From: a virus
Lineage: Duplodnaviria; Caudoviricetes
Reading direction: 5' to 3' (one strand)
IMG/VR virus record: IMGVR_UViG_3300045779_000011
Span: 1 to 48,509 of that record
DNA length: 48,509 nucleotides
The notes under the pieces were generated by a model, which saw nothing but the letters and a program-made list of their open reading frames with translations, was not told the DNA's origin and ran no database searches. The translations under genes were made by a program, and so were the position numbers. Positions 29,019-38,745 of the stretch are shown here, in pieces; the first letter of the stretch is position 1, and the number at the start of each line of letters is the position of its first letter.

Positions 29019-30810
29019 CTTTATCCTCTAGTTCTAGATTACCACAACTCTCTACTTTAGTCAAGCGTAGATAGGGTGACGGAGCACCCCAATACGAAAT
29101 TTCTAGAACCTTCTCGGCTCGACTCAAGCCAACGTACCACGCACAGCGGTCACTCATTTCATCTTCGCTCTTGCTGTGGGGGAACATATTTGCGTTGCAC
29201 GATATAAAGAAAACATTTTTTGCTTCCCTGCCTTTAAAGCTGTGGACCGTAGACAGGCAGACACCTTTCCTGTTTCTGCTGGCCCCAGCTACCTTCCGTA
29301 CATAGTTCAGGAAGTCCTGTAAAGAGTCATGCTTCTCGCTAATCCGAACCAGTTCTCTGATAGACGCTACAGGATCTTTGTCCGGGCTGATACCGCTCTC
29401 TTCCTTATAATGATCTAACGCGCCGATTTCTTTGATTACCTTGGATACGACCTCCCTAGCAGGAAGGCTCCGGTAAGCGTACATTCTTTGTATAGTGTCA
29501 GTAAATTTCTTTACTGCCTGGGTCTGCCTATCATCTTTACCTCGGTACTCACCAAGAAGTTTCCAAGCGGATTTTCCTGTCTTGGTTATCTGGTCCCGAA
29601 TTTCCTGGGCTACTAACTTACGCTTGATGTATTGAGTAGGGTGGAACGGCGTCTGTAGCGCGGACAAAACAAAATTATCTACCGGAGACTGTACACACCG
29701 GACCCACGACATAACTTCTCTAATCTCACTTTGCTCCCAGAAGCCCTCGTCATTGAGAAGGTAGTAAGGTACATTCTTTTCAATAAGTTGCGACTCACAT
29801 TCTCTTAGGGCTAAATTCGTCCGAGCCAGTACAGTGCATTCACCAGGAACCAGTTTTTGAATCTTTTCAACCACCCCTTCAGCTTCACGAAAGTCTGTAC
29901 TATATCCTGTAACATTTGGTTCTACTCCTTCTTCTTTACTGACTGCCTCGAAGTGTTCTGCTATTTCCGCGTAAGGTGCGGAGTTCTTAACATAGGAAAC
30001 GATGCTACGGGTGGACCGATAATTTTTGCCCATGAAAAGCTTTTTAGTACCAGGAAATAATTCTTCCATATTCAGTAAATGATTAGCGTCCGACCCCCTA
30101 AACGAAAAAAGATTTTGTGCGGCGTCCCCTGTACATAAAAGGTTCTTATGCTTCTGTGTAAGAAGCCGCATCATTCTCCAGTCAAGTTCGCACGCATCCT
30201 GGGATTCGTCTTGCTGGAGGTACTCTACCTGCATTTTACTGCGTATATCCGGGCGAGATTCTAAAATCTCAACTAGGTAATAGATTAGATCGTCAAAATC
30301 AAGGCAACCTTGGTTCTTCAGTAGTCTGCAATACTCCTTATAAGCAAGAGCCTTGTCAAGGTCTTTCCCGGAGTTTTCCGCAAAACGGACAGCTTCTATT
30401 GGACTAATTCTTTTTCTCTTTTGCAGGCTTGTGTACTGTGTAAAGACTTTGTAGTTTATCTGGTTCTTGGTAGCCTGAAATGCGGCCTTAGCTGCTATCC
30501 CATCCCCCGCCAGAGGGTTGTCTGATAGGGGGAAGGGAAAAGAATCAGGGTACTCGTTAGCAAACTTCAGAGCCAACGAGTGTAGGGTGCAAAATTGAGC
30601 GGTACTTCTGGGAAACTCTTTCTCGCACCGAGTACGAAGATTTTTAGCGGCCTCACTGGTAAATGTAACTGTAAGAACTTTGTCACTTTTTTCTGACAAA
30701 CGAGCAGCCCTGTGCAGAAGAACTCTTGACTTACCCGCGCCTGGGCCTGCCAGAACACAAAAGTAGCCCTCTCCTGCGTTAACTACTCTCTGCTGGTCCT
30801 CGTCTAGCAT
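29008..30810 (-). CDS. UvrD/Rep/PcrA SF1 helicase
   Basis: AGPGAGKS, TFT, TLHS, DFDDLI, DESQD, GDAAQ..SFRG, NYRST, STVHSFKGRE, VGLSRA. Confidence 0.93.
   Translation of the reverse strand: MLDEDQQRVVNAGEGYFCVLAGPGAGKSRVLLHRAARLSEKSDKVLTVTFTSEAAKNLRTRCEKEFPRSTAQFCTLHSLALKFANEYPDSFPFPLSDNPLAGDGIAAKAAFQATKNQINYKVFTQYTSLQKRKRISPIEAVRFAENSGKDLDKALAYKEYCRLLKNQGCLDFDDLIYYLVEILESRPDIRSKMQVEYLQQDESQDACELDWRMMRLLTQKHKNLLCTGDAAQNLFSFRGSDANHLLNMEELFPGTKKLFMGKNYRSTRSIVSYVKNSAPYAEIAEHFEAVSKEEGVEPNVTGYSTDFREAEGVVEKIQKLVPGECTVLARTNLALRECESQLIEKNVPYYLLNDEGFWEQSEIREVMSWVRCVQSPVDNFVLSALQTPFHPTQYIKRKLVAQEIRDQITKTGKSAWKLLGEYRGKDDRQTQAVKKFTDTIQRMYAYRSLPAREVVSKVIKEIGALDHYKEESGISPDKDPVASIRELVRISEKHDSLQDFLNYVRKVAGASRNRKGVCLSTVHSFKGREAKNVFFISCNANMFPHSKSEDEMSDRCAWYVGLSRAEKVLEISYWGAPSPYLRLTKVESCGNLELEDKDES
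29036..29064 (-). promoter_or_regulatory. Sigma70-type promoter inside the 3' end of the helicase gene
   Basis: TTGACT-17 bp (ends TGTGG)-TAATCT. Confidence 0.8.
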
Positions 30811-30988
30811 TCTTCTCCTTGATTAGTTCTACTAAACCCCTACTATAAAGATTCTCTGGATAGCCTACTATAATCCAAGGTTTCTCTGGTGGCGGGGACC
30901 TCTGTCCATATAGAGTAATAGACTCCCAGTACTCCTTAAGACAGAAGTTAACCAGCTTGTTCATGGTTTCTGAGAGTCTATCGTCCAT
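30779..30988 (-). CDS. Hypothetical protein
   Basis: Coupled to both neighbours. Confidence 0.6.
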   Translation of the reverse strand: MDDRLSETMNKLVNFCLKEYWESITLYGQRSPPPEKPWIIVGYPENLYSRGLVELIKEKNARRGPAESS

Positions 30989-31509
30989 TACTGTCTGTTC
31001 TCCAAAGCACGCTTCACTTGCTTAAGAAGGTTGTCTCCGTTGGAATAAACATACTCAACATACTGTCTCTTCTCACTCGACAGCCACTTCTCCTGGTCTT
31101 TAATAAAGCTTTGGATCGCGGGATCATCGATGTAGGAAGATAAGACCTCGTAGCTTGTCGAATTTCCGCTCTGGAAAATATTGAAAGAAGACTGCTGTGC
31201 CCCGTAATATCCGACTTGAGGCTTTACGAGATACAAGGTATTTTGGGTGCTACGGAAACAAAAGTACTCTCCGTTGTTGTAGGTAGAGTAAGTTTTCTCG
31301 GTGTCTCCCGGCTTTCGAACCTGCTCCACAAACACAAACTTACCTGCGTACTTACCGAGGTCTTGCTTAGGTGGAGGGGTCGGAGAATATCCTTGGCAAC
31401 ATCCGGCATCTTGTGTGTTGGTCTCCAACTTGAAGACATTAACGATATCCTGTGGAAGAAGATCGTCAGGGATTGTGATAGTTCCATTAAACTGAATTGT
31501 TTTACTCAT
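30988..31509 (-). CDS. Hypothetical protein
   Basis: Coupled (TAATG) to ssb. Confidence 0.7.
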   Translation of the reverse strand: MSKTIQFNGTITIPDDLLPQDIVNVFKLETNTQDAGCCQGYSPTPPPKQDLGKYAGKFVFVEQVRKPGDTEKTYSTYNNGEYFCFRSTQNTLYLVKPQVGYYGAQQSSFNIFQSGNSTSYEVLSSYIDDPAIQSFIKDQEKWLSSEKRQYVEYVYSNGDNLLKQVKRALENRQ

Positions 31510-31844
31510 TAGAATCCTTCTTCCTCCTTGGCTGGAAAATCTATAAACTCAAGACTAGATGCCACGACCTTTGCACGAACTACCTTGTTTTCATTCTTGT
31601 CTGTCCACTCATCAAAAGACAGTCGGCCAGTAACAGCAATACGCAGACCCTTATCCCCGAACTTACCTACGGCTTCTGCGTTACGATCCCAACATTCTAC
31701 CGTAACCCAGTTGGACTTTTTCTTGTCCCCGTAGCCCTCATCTACCGCGACTGAAAATTTAGCCACGGTCTTTTGGGAAGTTGTAGTTTTTAACTCAGGT
31801 TTGGCCCCAAGACGACCACTTATTGTGATTGTGTTAATACTCAT
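31509..31844 (-). CDS. ssb: Single-stranded DNA-binding protein
   Basis: INTITISGRLGAKPEL..VAKFSVAV..W..KG..VTGRL; acidic-Phe C-terminus EEEGF. Confidence 0.93.
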   Translation of the reverse strand: MSINTITISGRLGAKPELKTTTSQKTVAKFSVAVDEGYGDKKKSNWVTVECWDRNAEAVGKFGDKGLRIAVTGRLSFDEWTDKNENKVVRAKVVASSLEFIDFPAKEEEGF

Positions 31845-31954
31845 GCCTTCTCCTTTTTGTCTTGTTTGATATTTCGGTCTATAGCGAGTTTCTCTTTCAT
31901 GCTAAGACCTGATCGGTAATATTGTGCATAATTCTTTAGGGAGGATTTAGCCAT
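31841..31954 (-). CDS. Small basic protein, 37 aa (not in ORF track)
   Basis: MAKSSLKNYAQYYRSG...; AAGGAG RBS; overlaps both neighbours. Confidence 0.5.
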   Translation of the reverse strand: MAKSSLKNYAQYYRSGLSMKEKLAIDRNIKQDKKEKA

Positions 31955-32882
31955 TCTTCTCCTTCACTGAATTAAACAGTTCCTTGACTTTAGCTGGTCC
32001 ACCCTCAACAGCCTCTTCTACTAGATTAAGGGTGTTCTCTGCTGTTACTGCGGGCACGTAGACAAGCTTCTTTCCTCTATGGCGGGCCTCCAAAAATGCG
32101 CTAAGGCTTTTGGTAGTAACTCCCCCCAACTTCTGGGTAGAGATCTCCTTCAGACGTTCCTGAATGAAGTCATACCGCTCCTTACTAAGAGTCTCTGGTG
32201 CGTCCATAGCTTGGGCTGCTGCTTCAGCTTCTGGTGACAAAGGTTCTTGTTCAGTAATAGGGGTATCGAAGTAGGGGATATCGTCGTCAGTAATCTCAGG
32301 ATTACCTCCGGAGGCTGCGCCACCAACTACTGCCGTGTTGGCGTTCTTACCGAAAGGAAAGTCCGTGGCTTCACTAACAGCTTTAGCTACTGCCTTCTCT
32401 GCTGCCTTGGGTGTATCAATCTTCTTAGGAAAAGACGGCTTAGGTGGTTGTGGGGTGTAAGTCTTGTTTGGCTCCTGAACCTTCTTGAGATCGGGTGCGT
32501 CTTCATCATCATCTTCCGCGCAGACTCCGAGGAAAGACATGAGATCGTACCTCTTACTGTACGTAACCTCTCGGCCAAATGCCTTCGATCCCACTAGTCC
32601 TGCTGACAGAAGAACCCCGTCCGTAGCAATAAACTCGTCCCCAAGTTGGACCTTGGTAGTTACACGCTGGCTTCCTTTGTCGTCCACAACTATAGGCTGA
32701 CTAAGGAAGATTCCTTGTTCGTTAAGAGGAGGCTTTACGGCCTCAAGTACTTGAGATAAGGTACTATAAGGGAATTTTTGGTTCCCCTCTTGACCCACGC
32801 GATTTTTCGTGATCTTCTCAAACTTCGCCTGCGCCTTAGCTAGGGCGGGAGCAATAACGTTTACTGAATTACTTTGTGGCAT
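31947..32882 (-). CDS. erf: ERF-family single-strand annealing protein
   Basis: ALAKAQ..I.KN..YSTL..V..AVKPPL...GREVTYSKRYDL...G...EDDDEDA. Confidence 0.88.
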   Translation of the reverse strand: MPQSNSVNVIAPALAKAQAKFEKITKNRVGQEGNQKFPYSTLSQVLEAVKPPLNEQGIFLSQPIVVDDKGSQRVTTKVQLGDEFIATDGVLLSAGLVGSKAFGREVTYSKRYDLMSFLGVCAEDDDEDAPDLKKVQEPNKTYTPQPPKPSFPKKIDTPKAAEKAVAKAVSEATDFPFGKNANTAVVGGAASGGNPEITDDDIPYFDTPITEQEPLSPEAEAAAQAMDAPETLSKERYDFIQERLKEISTQKLGGVTTKSLSAFLEARHRGKKLVYVPAVTAENTLNLVEEAVEGGPAKVKELFNSVKEKNG

Positions 32883-33437
32883 TTATTCTTTCTCCTTATC
32901 AATTCCCGGCCAGTTTCCCGGCCAACTATCGTGAACTTTCTTTACATCTGAAGGTAGTGCGTGGGGGCCGTACCTAGTTTTAAACCACCCTTGTATAAGA
33001 ACCCACTCGCTTAGTGACCAGCCGCCAAACTCTACTAGCTGTAGTTCTTGGTTGTGTTTCTTTTCCTCCTCTGTCTGAACTCTTCCTTTGTTTGCAGCAC
33101 TTATCTTCTCTTTTGTTTCTTCAGAACATTTTCCGTGAGAGCCTCCTGAAGCAATATTGTACCCTATAGACCTTTTTCTAGCCCCCATAAACCAAATAAA
33201 GAAAGTTTCAGCCGCGTCTAACGCTTCTTGATCCGGGCACTCACAAAGAGTTTCTATACTAAAGTTTTCGGAACCATAAAACCTCATCGCGTTGTATAGG
33301 TGAGAATTCTTGTTAAAAGTCCTATCAACTCGTTTAGAGTCTTTTATATGTCCTTTCCACCGAGTCTCCTTGTTGGACCTAGTTTGACCAATATAGTACA
33401 TATTTGTTACTAAATTGGATATTTTATATATTTCCAT
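32883..33437 (-). CDS. GIY-YIG endonuclease with NUMOD3-like motif
   Basis: IYKISN..YYIGQT..RW..H; GYN; SEETKEKISAANKG. Confidence 0.88.
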   Translation of the reverse strand: MEIYKISNLVTNMYYIGQTRSNKETRWKGHIKDSKRVDRTFNKNSHLYNAMRFYGSENFSIETLCECPDQEALDAAETFFIWFMGARKRSIGYNIASGGSHGKCSEETKEKISAANKGRVQTEEEKKHNQELQLVEFGGWSLSEWVLIQGWFKTRYGPHALPSDVKKVHDSWPGNWPGIDKEKE

Positions 33438-34326
33438 CGTTATATTCTTCTCCGTACAAAAGTTCTACTATTTTTGGTATGTATCTTTTATCCACACCTT
33501 CCGCTGCTTGACAATATACTCCAAGAAGCTGACCTTGAGAAAGATGCCCGGTTCTCGATCCAACCACCCGTTCCGGGAGTCCGAGATCGATTAAGAGGGC
33601 GGTGATGTTTCCTCTCCGGAAAGCATGTGGTGACTTATACTCTACCTTAGCTTTCTCACACACAGACTTAATCATCTTTGTTAGCCGGAGCGGATAGCTC
33701 ATTTTGTCTTCTGGAGTCCGGAATATGAAACATTCATCTCCGTTTAATATGAGATGTCGTAGTTCAGCTACGAGTTGGTCAGAAATTGTAATACTCCGTA
33801 ATGAGGAGTCTGTCTTTGGGGAGTCTTGTAAAATCCCCCCACACACGTCACGTTCGATCTTTAGGGTGTTTCCTGATAAATCCCTTGTCTGAAGTCCAAT
33901 CACCTCTCCTACCCGGCACCCGGTCTCAGCAAGTAGCATTACAAGAGCCTTTTCTTCACCAGAACTTGCTTTGATTAGCCTTCGAAACTCTTCTACCGTG
34001 TAAAAGTCTTGTTGTTTCCTACGTTTTCTCGGTAACGTTAGCCGGGGGAGAACAAAATCTTCGTCCGCCCACTGACAAATATTCCGGAAAATGGAAATAT
34101 ACCGCCTGATCGCCCCCGAACCTACACTCACATTCAATTTGCTGATAAAGTTCTGGATATCCTTCTTAGAAATTTGGTCTATTCTCTGGGGTCCAAATTC
34201 TAAGATCAATTTGTCTACCACATAACACACGTTGTAATACGTAGACGCCTTCTTAAGACTAAGAACGTCGTGCTTGTAGCTATCGGCGGCTATTACGAAC
34301 AGTGGGGATTCCTTCGGTTTCTTCAT
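33424..34326 (-). CDS. int: Tyrosine recombinase / integrase
   Basis: Catalytic set TGCRVGE, PKT, HAFRR, TGH, GVY. Confidence 0.9.
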   Translation of the reverse strand: MKKPKESPLFVIAADSYKHDVLSLKKASTYYNVCYVVDKLILEFGPQRIDQISKKDIQNFISKLNVSVGSGAIRRYISIFRNICQWADEDFVLPRLTLPRKRRKQQDFYTVEEFRRLIKASSGEEKALVMLLAETGCRVGEVIGLQTRDLSGNTLKIERDVCGGILQDSPKTDSSLRSITISDQLVAELRHLILNGDECFIFRTPEDKMSYPLRLTKMIKSVCEKAKVEYKSPHAFRRGNITALLIDLGLPERVVGSRTGHLSQGQLLGVYCQAAEGVDKRYIPKIVELLYGEEYNDGNI

Positions 34327-34334
34327 CTACTTTT

Positions 34335-34363
34335 ACTGTACCACACTTCTGTCTCCGTGTCAA
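34335..34363 (-). promoter_or_regulatory. Promoter of the recombinase gene (near-leaderless)
   Basis: TTGACA-17 bp (ends TGTGG)-TACAGT, 8 nt from the ATG. Confidence 0.8.
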
Positions 34364-34369
34364 GAGTTT

Positions 34370-37300
34370 TTATTGCTTGGTATAGTACGGAGTGGTAAAC
34401 CCTTCTGCTCCGAGAATAAATCCAGGTGCCCAGGGAATCTCCTCTGTCATATCTTCTACTAGCTCTTTCACTCCAAGAGGAGAATCTTCATCAACTTCGG
34501 CGCATATTTCATCGTGACACGAAAGCACAATTGGAAATCCCCTATCTTCGGCTCGAATCATTCCGTAGGCTAGAATATCTCGGCAAATAGCTTGAACAAT
34601 GTTCTCAAATATCTTAGCTCCACGGGTCTCCATATCCGGAACCCATTGGTGGGTTTCTGGATGGACCCCCGCACAGTAGAGATTTACTGCTTGGTATGTG
34701 TTCCCTTTCTTGGAGACTCTCTCTACCCGCTCTACGTAAGGATTTATGTAGTGTAGTGCCCTACCCGAAGGTAACCAGATACACAGAACTCGTCCCTGCA
34801 TCTCCAGTTTTACTGGACCCAAGGTAACTACAGAGTCGTTCTCTACTACGTTAGCGAAAGCCCTATGAAGATCGTACCAATAGTCTACAACCTCTTTGTA
34901 GCTCCTGCGGAAAACTTCGACAGATTTTTCAGCGTATTCCTTAGTTAGCTCAATTTGCATTGCCTCCGCATACGCAAGAAGGCCCGTCTTAACAACATTT
35001 CCTTCGTCGTCCTTATCGATATCTCCAGCAGAGAGTCCAAATCCGCAGTTATGAACAATTAGAGGACCCTTGTTCGTCAGAATTGTGAATCTGCTCTTCG
35101 GTCCCGAGTTTAGAATGTCGAACGTAGGGACCACGACACCGAGACTGTTCTGCAATGATCCTTTCTGGGGAGAGACCTTTCTTGAATTTTCTTGCGACAG
35201 TGCTGCTTTCTCGGTACTGTGGGCAATACTTCTCCCAGAACTCTTCCGAAGTGATTCTTTCTCCGTTATATTCGACGTAGCAAAGCTTTTCTTTGTTTCT
35301 ATTATTCTGCTTGCTTGTAACAAATCGAAGATTCCCTTTTTCGTAATTTCCGTCATTATTTTCTCTGTCGATTTGATACTTTGGCTTATCGTGGTTTTCG
35401 AGAGTGAGGCAGTACCCCACAAAATCATAAACATCTTCAAAGAGGCATCGGATACCTCTTCCACCATATCTATGTGCTTCTGGTCCAACTCCTCTGCACC
35501 GAGACTGGATTGCGTAGTATCTGTTTGCAAGTCTGTCAACAAGTTCTCTAGGGTATCGGCTAAATCGAACGTATACTCCGTTCTTCTCTTCCCGGATTTT
35601 CCTGTTGGCGCACGGTACGCATCCGTTTGTTTTTCCTGTCTCCAAGCTAAGTCTATAGACCCTCTTTTCGACTCCACATTCTTCGCACAAGCAGAGATAG
35701 TAGAATTCGTGTTTTCCTTTTTCGCTAGTTCGGACTTCTCCTCTTTTAACAGCCCAGTGACCAAACTTATATCCCTCTGGCCTAAGAGGGTATCTTGAAC
35801 TACGTCCTTTGCGTCCTTCCATCCATCCTCCGTAAGAATCTTATGATCCGGAGTAGCTTCAACTCCAAATAAATCAATAACTTTCTTCTCTCCCTGATAT
35901 ATTACCCCACTGTGGGATACCCAATCCTCCCCGTCCCAGAGAAGGTCATTTACAGACACTTCTGTAATAGGAGTCCATCCTCTGTTAGTAAGAACTGGAG
36001 TATCTTTTCCAAAGCACCCCAATTTGGGGGCCTTAGCATCTGTCCTAGTCTTCTTATTACCGGCCTTGAAGTCTGCATACAACTCCTCATAAGTCTTAGA
36101 AGGGTCCATAAGCACTGCAAAGCTGATATAGGGGTCGAGTCCTTTTCGAAATTCCTCCATACCAGAATCACATCCAGCTACCCAGAACTGTCCTCTGCTT
36201 TCAATAGCAGCTAGATCGGCAATAACAAATTTCTTTCCTGGAGCGGCCCGCAAAATTGGCCTAAGTGCGGAACAGGCTACGTCTAGGGGGCTGCTAAACT
36301 CTTTCTTGATGGTATCGTAGTTTCCTGCTTTCAGAAGTTCCATAGCAAGATCGAACTTTTTCTCAACCTCTTTTGTTGCCTTAATCAAATTATGCGCTTG
36401 AAAAAGTCCACTCGTCCAGCGTCCGGTTCTAGCCGCCCCCATATAGTTGAACAGCCCACGAACCCGGCCATCCGGCATTACCGAATTTTTGCAAGACTCC
36501 AGCTTGGCGACAGAACTCTTCGATACCTGGAGACGGAGTTCTAGAACACGCTTACCAAGAGCGTCAAGTTCGCACTCCCCATTCAAAGCCCTCTTAACGA
36601 AAGGCTTTCCGATTGAGGGAAAAGTATACCCATGCTGGCGAACAAAAGCCAACACCTGCTTAGGTGCCTTTGGGTTGGATATTCCGCTAATTTCACGGAA
36701 TTCCTTTAACAAGGACGCCTGTTCCTTCTCAACAATAATCCCCGCTCCCTGGAGCAGGACTGAATCCGTGTATATGCCTCGGTCATTGATGCGGGCATCT
36801 AGGGCTATCACTTCGTATTCAAAGTCAGTAAGAGGGAAGTCTTGGACTCTTCCCATGATTTCTTTCATGGCGTAGACATCTTGATCGCAGTACTGTCCGA
36901 ACCTATCCCATTCTTTTCTATGTGTGTCCCAGTCTCTGTAGGTTGTCGGCTCGATCCCGAAAAGAGTTAGCTCTCCCCCAAAACGAAGAGGAGCACAGAA
37001 CATATCCACCATGCTCTCGTCTTTGATAAAGAATTCAGTTAGCTTCTTGGACTTAATATCAAGAATCTTACCAACCTTTTCTAGTTTACCGGGCATGGAC
37101 ATATACCGACTTCGAAACATAGGGTCCTCGAATCGGTCCACTGAAATGTCCATTCCAAAGAACCTTTTGAAAACCAAACGCTCGAAACCTACTCCGTTCC
37201 AGGCCACAATTATAGTAAAGGGGTCCTCTAATGCTTCTTTAAGGTCTTCTGGAATAAAACCAGAAGTATGCGTCTCCCACCTCTTCATGGGTTGGTCGTC

Positions 37301-37414
37301 AATCATATATGAAGTCATTAATAGTTCTGTAGACGGATGGAAGACGTAACGATACGCGCCAACTTCTTTAATATTTAATTCACTACGGGTCTCAGTATCG
37401 CAGAACAGATACAT
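34370..37414 (-). CDS. Family A DNA polymerase with intein
   Basis: Exo DTET; ARTGRW; motif A ADLAAIESR; motif B R..AK..LG|CGFG split by the intein; ENIVQAICRD; motif C HDEI. Confidence 0.93.
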   Translation of the reverse strand: MYLFCDTETRSELNIKEVGAYRYVFHPSTELLMTSYMIDDQPMKRWETHTSGFIPEDLKEALEDPFTIIVAWNGVGFERLVFKRFFGMDISVDRFEDPMFRSRYMSMPGKLEKVGKILDIKSKKLTEFFIKDESMVDMFCAPLRFGGELTLFGIEPTTYRDWDTHRKEWDRFGQYCDQDVYAMKEIMGRVQDFPLTDFEYEVIALDARINDRGIYTDSVLLQGAGIIVEKEQASLLKEFREISGISNPKAPKQVLAFVRQHGYTFPSIGKPFVKRALNGECELDALGKRVLELRLQVSKSSVAKLESCKNSVMPDGRVRGLFNYMGAARTGRWTSGLFQAHNLIKATKEVEKKFDLAMELLKAGNYDTIKKEFSSPLDVACSALRPILRAAPGKKFVIADLAAIESRGQFWVAGCDSGMEEFRKGLDPYISFAVLMDPSKTYEELYADFKAGNKKTRTDAKAPKLGCFGKDTPVLTNRGWTPITEVSVNDLLWDGEDWVSHSGVIYQGEKKVIDLFGVEATPDHKILTEDGWKDAKDVVQDTLLGQRDISLVTGLLKEEKSELAKKENTNSTISACAKNVESKRGSIDLAWRQEKQTDAYRAPTGKSGKRRTEYTFDLADTLENLLTDLQTDTTQSSLGAEELDQKHIDMVEEVSDASLKMFMILWGTASLSKTTISQSIKSTEKIMTEITKKGIFDLLQASRIIETKKSFATSNITEKESLRKSSGRSIAHSTEKAALSQENSRKVSPQKGSLQNSLGVVVPTFDILNSGPKSRFTILTNKGPLIVHNCGFGLSAGDIDKDDEGNVVKTGLLAYAEAMQIELTKEYAEKSVEVFRRSYKEVVDYWYDLHRAFANVVENDSVVTLGPVKLEMQGRVLCIWLPSGRALHYINPYVERVERVSKKGNTYQAVNLYCAGVHPETHQWVPDMETRGAKIFENIVQAICRDILAYGMIRAEDRGFPIVLSCHDEICAEVDEDSPLGVKELVEDMTEEIPWAPGFILGAEGFTTPYYTKQ
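35048..36016 (-). mobile_element. Intein (323 aa) in polymerase motif B
   Basis: Starts CFGKDTPVLT, block B ATPDHKI, block F TFDI, ends IVHN followed by extein Cys. Confidence 0.93.
35049..35822 (-). CDS. HNH homing endonuclease overprinted in the -1 frame of the intein
   Basis: GYKFGHW, CLCEECG, SLETG..GCVPC, RC...YGGRGI, IDRENNDGNYEKGNLRFVTSKQNNRNK; ATG 4 nt after GGAGG. Confidence 0.88.
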   Translation of the reverse strand: MEGRKGRSSRYPLRPEGYKFGHWAVKRGEVRTSEKGKHEFYYLCLCEECGVEKRVYRLSLETGKTNGCVPCANRKIREEKNGVYVRFSRYPRELVDRLANRYYAIQSRCRGVGPEAHRYGGRGIRCLFEDVYDFVGYCLTLENHDKPKYQIDRENNDGNYEKGNLRFVTSKQNNRNKEKLCYVEYNGERITSEEFWEKYCPQYRESSTVARKFKKGLSPERIIAEQSRCRGPYVRHSKLGTEEQIHNSDEQGSSNCS

Positions 37415-37417
37415 AGT

Positions 37418-38110
37418 CTACTTTCTTATTCTGTGGCTCTTTGGTCCAGGAGTCCAATCCCCGAACAGGTTTTCTTTGTGTATTTCTTTCAGGACAGGAA
37501 AAAATTTAATCCAAGCAGAATAAGGCATATCCCTTCTTAGATAATTGCATCTACGGCAAGAAGGAACGACGTTAGATTGAAGGTGTCCTAAAGAGTTATC
37601 TACTCTATCTAAAGTCATCCTCATGTCTGTAGCTTCGCAACAAGAGCAAGGACTATTCATACCCTCTTCTACAAAAGAAAGAGTTAGATCATTTTCTAGA
37701 CCACGAACCTCGTCTCTCTTTTTAGATTCCTTTAAAAAGTTCTTTGCTTGGTGTTTTTGGTAGTTATAGTTTCTTCCTCCACGTCTTATCCTAGCTTTTG
37801 TTGTCATACTTTTGTGGTGTTCTTTCGTTCTTTCATAGGTCTCTTTACCTTTTAAGTTTCGACAGGAGGTGCAGTAAGAGAAGAGTAAATTTCCTCGATA
37901 AGGTAAAGTATTGTTTAAAGTCTTTTCTACCCCACATATGGGGCAAAACTGAGGTTCTCCTTTTCTTGGCCTTCTCCCTGTATACGGAGCATCCGGATTC
38001 CTTCGTTTCCTACCTTCTCGGCAATACTCGTTCCAGTTTTCTAAACAGACCAAGCATTTACATTTGTGTTGAGTATATGCTGTTAAAGTTCCGTGAACTA
38101 TTTCTTTCAT
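37418..38110 (-). CDS. HNH endonuclease
   Basis: HGT...Y..HKCKC..C; CPICG..CTSC; CSCC..TLDRVDNSLGHLQSNVVPSCRRCN. Confidence 0.87.
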   Translation of the reverse strand: MKEIVHGTLTAYTQHKCKCLVCLENWNEYCREGRKRRNPDAPYTGRRPRKGEPQFCPICGVEKTLNNTLPYRGNLLFSYCTSCRNLKGKETYERTKEHHKSMTTKARIRRGGRNYNYQKHQAKNFLKESKKRDEVRGLENDLTLSFVEEGMNSPCSCCEATDMRMTLDRVDNSLGHLQSNVVPSCRRCNYLRRDMPYSAWIKFFPVLKEIHKENLFGDWTPGPKSHRIRK

Positions 38111-38346
38111 CCTTATCCTTAATTATCTTTAGCTGCTACTAATCTTTTTGTGTAGTCTATTGCCGCCAAAAGAGCGTCTTCTTTACAAGAGTCCCACCCA
38201 GAAGATAAGATCACCATCTGGAACCCTCCTTTTACCTTCTCGTCCTTTTTGTGGCCGCGAAGACCCCCCAGGATACTCTCCCCTAATAAAAGGTTTTGTA
38301 TTGTTTGTGAAGATTAAGTTGTCCCAATACTGGTATAAATACTCCA

Positions 38347-38658
38347 TCACTCACCCTTTGCTGCTACACCAGAACCAACAAATCCAGATTCTTTTGTCCA
38401 GATTACTTCACCTATAGAACTGTCTACTATGTACTCGTCAGGAACTTCGGCCTTCTTTATAAGATACTGAAAGTCTTTTTCTGATAGAACCCTAACTTGT
38501 TGTGTTCCACAGTGCTCTACACACTTCCTGCGGTCTTTCAAGTCTTCTAGAGAAGGGTGGACAGTCGTACCCCCGGAGGCTTGTCCGAGTTCGCAGTCAA
38601 AATCCGTCTTACACATCCATCCTGGTATAGCAAAAATCTTTTTAATCTTTTTCATCAC
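38347..38658 (-). CDS. Hypothetical protein
   Basis: MCKTDF..ELG.A..G..V.PS.EDL....C...CG. Confidence 0.7.
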   Translation of the reverse strand: MMKKIKKIFAIPGWMCKTDFDCELGQASGGTTVHPSLEDLKDRRKCVEHCGTQQVRVLSEKDFQYLIKKAEVPDEYIVDSSIGEVIWTKESGFVGSGVAAKGE

Positions 38659-38745
38659 TCATCCTTTGCTGCTAGAACTAAGTATTGCAGACTACCCATC
38701 CATAAAGCAATACCGATAAATTCTATTATTTTAATCATAGATTTT

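Noticed and set aside
35070-35798. 242-aa antisense ORF over the intein (apparent triple coding)
   Set aside because: Exactly in register with the HNH codons, no RBS or motif; a typical antisense shadow.
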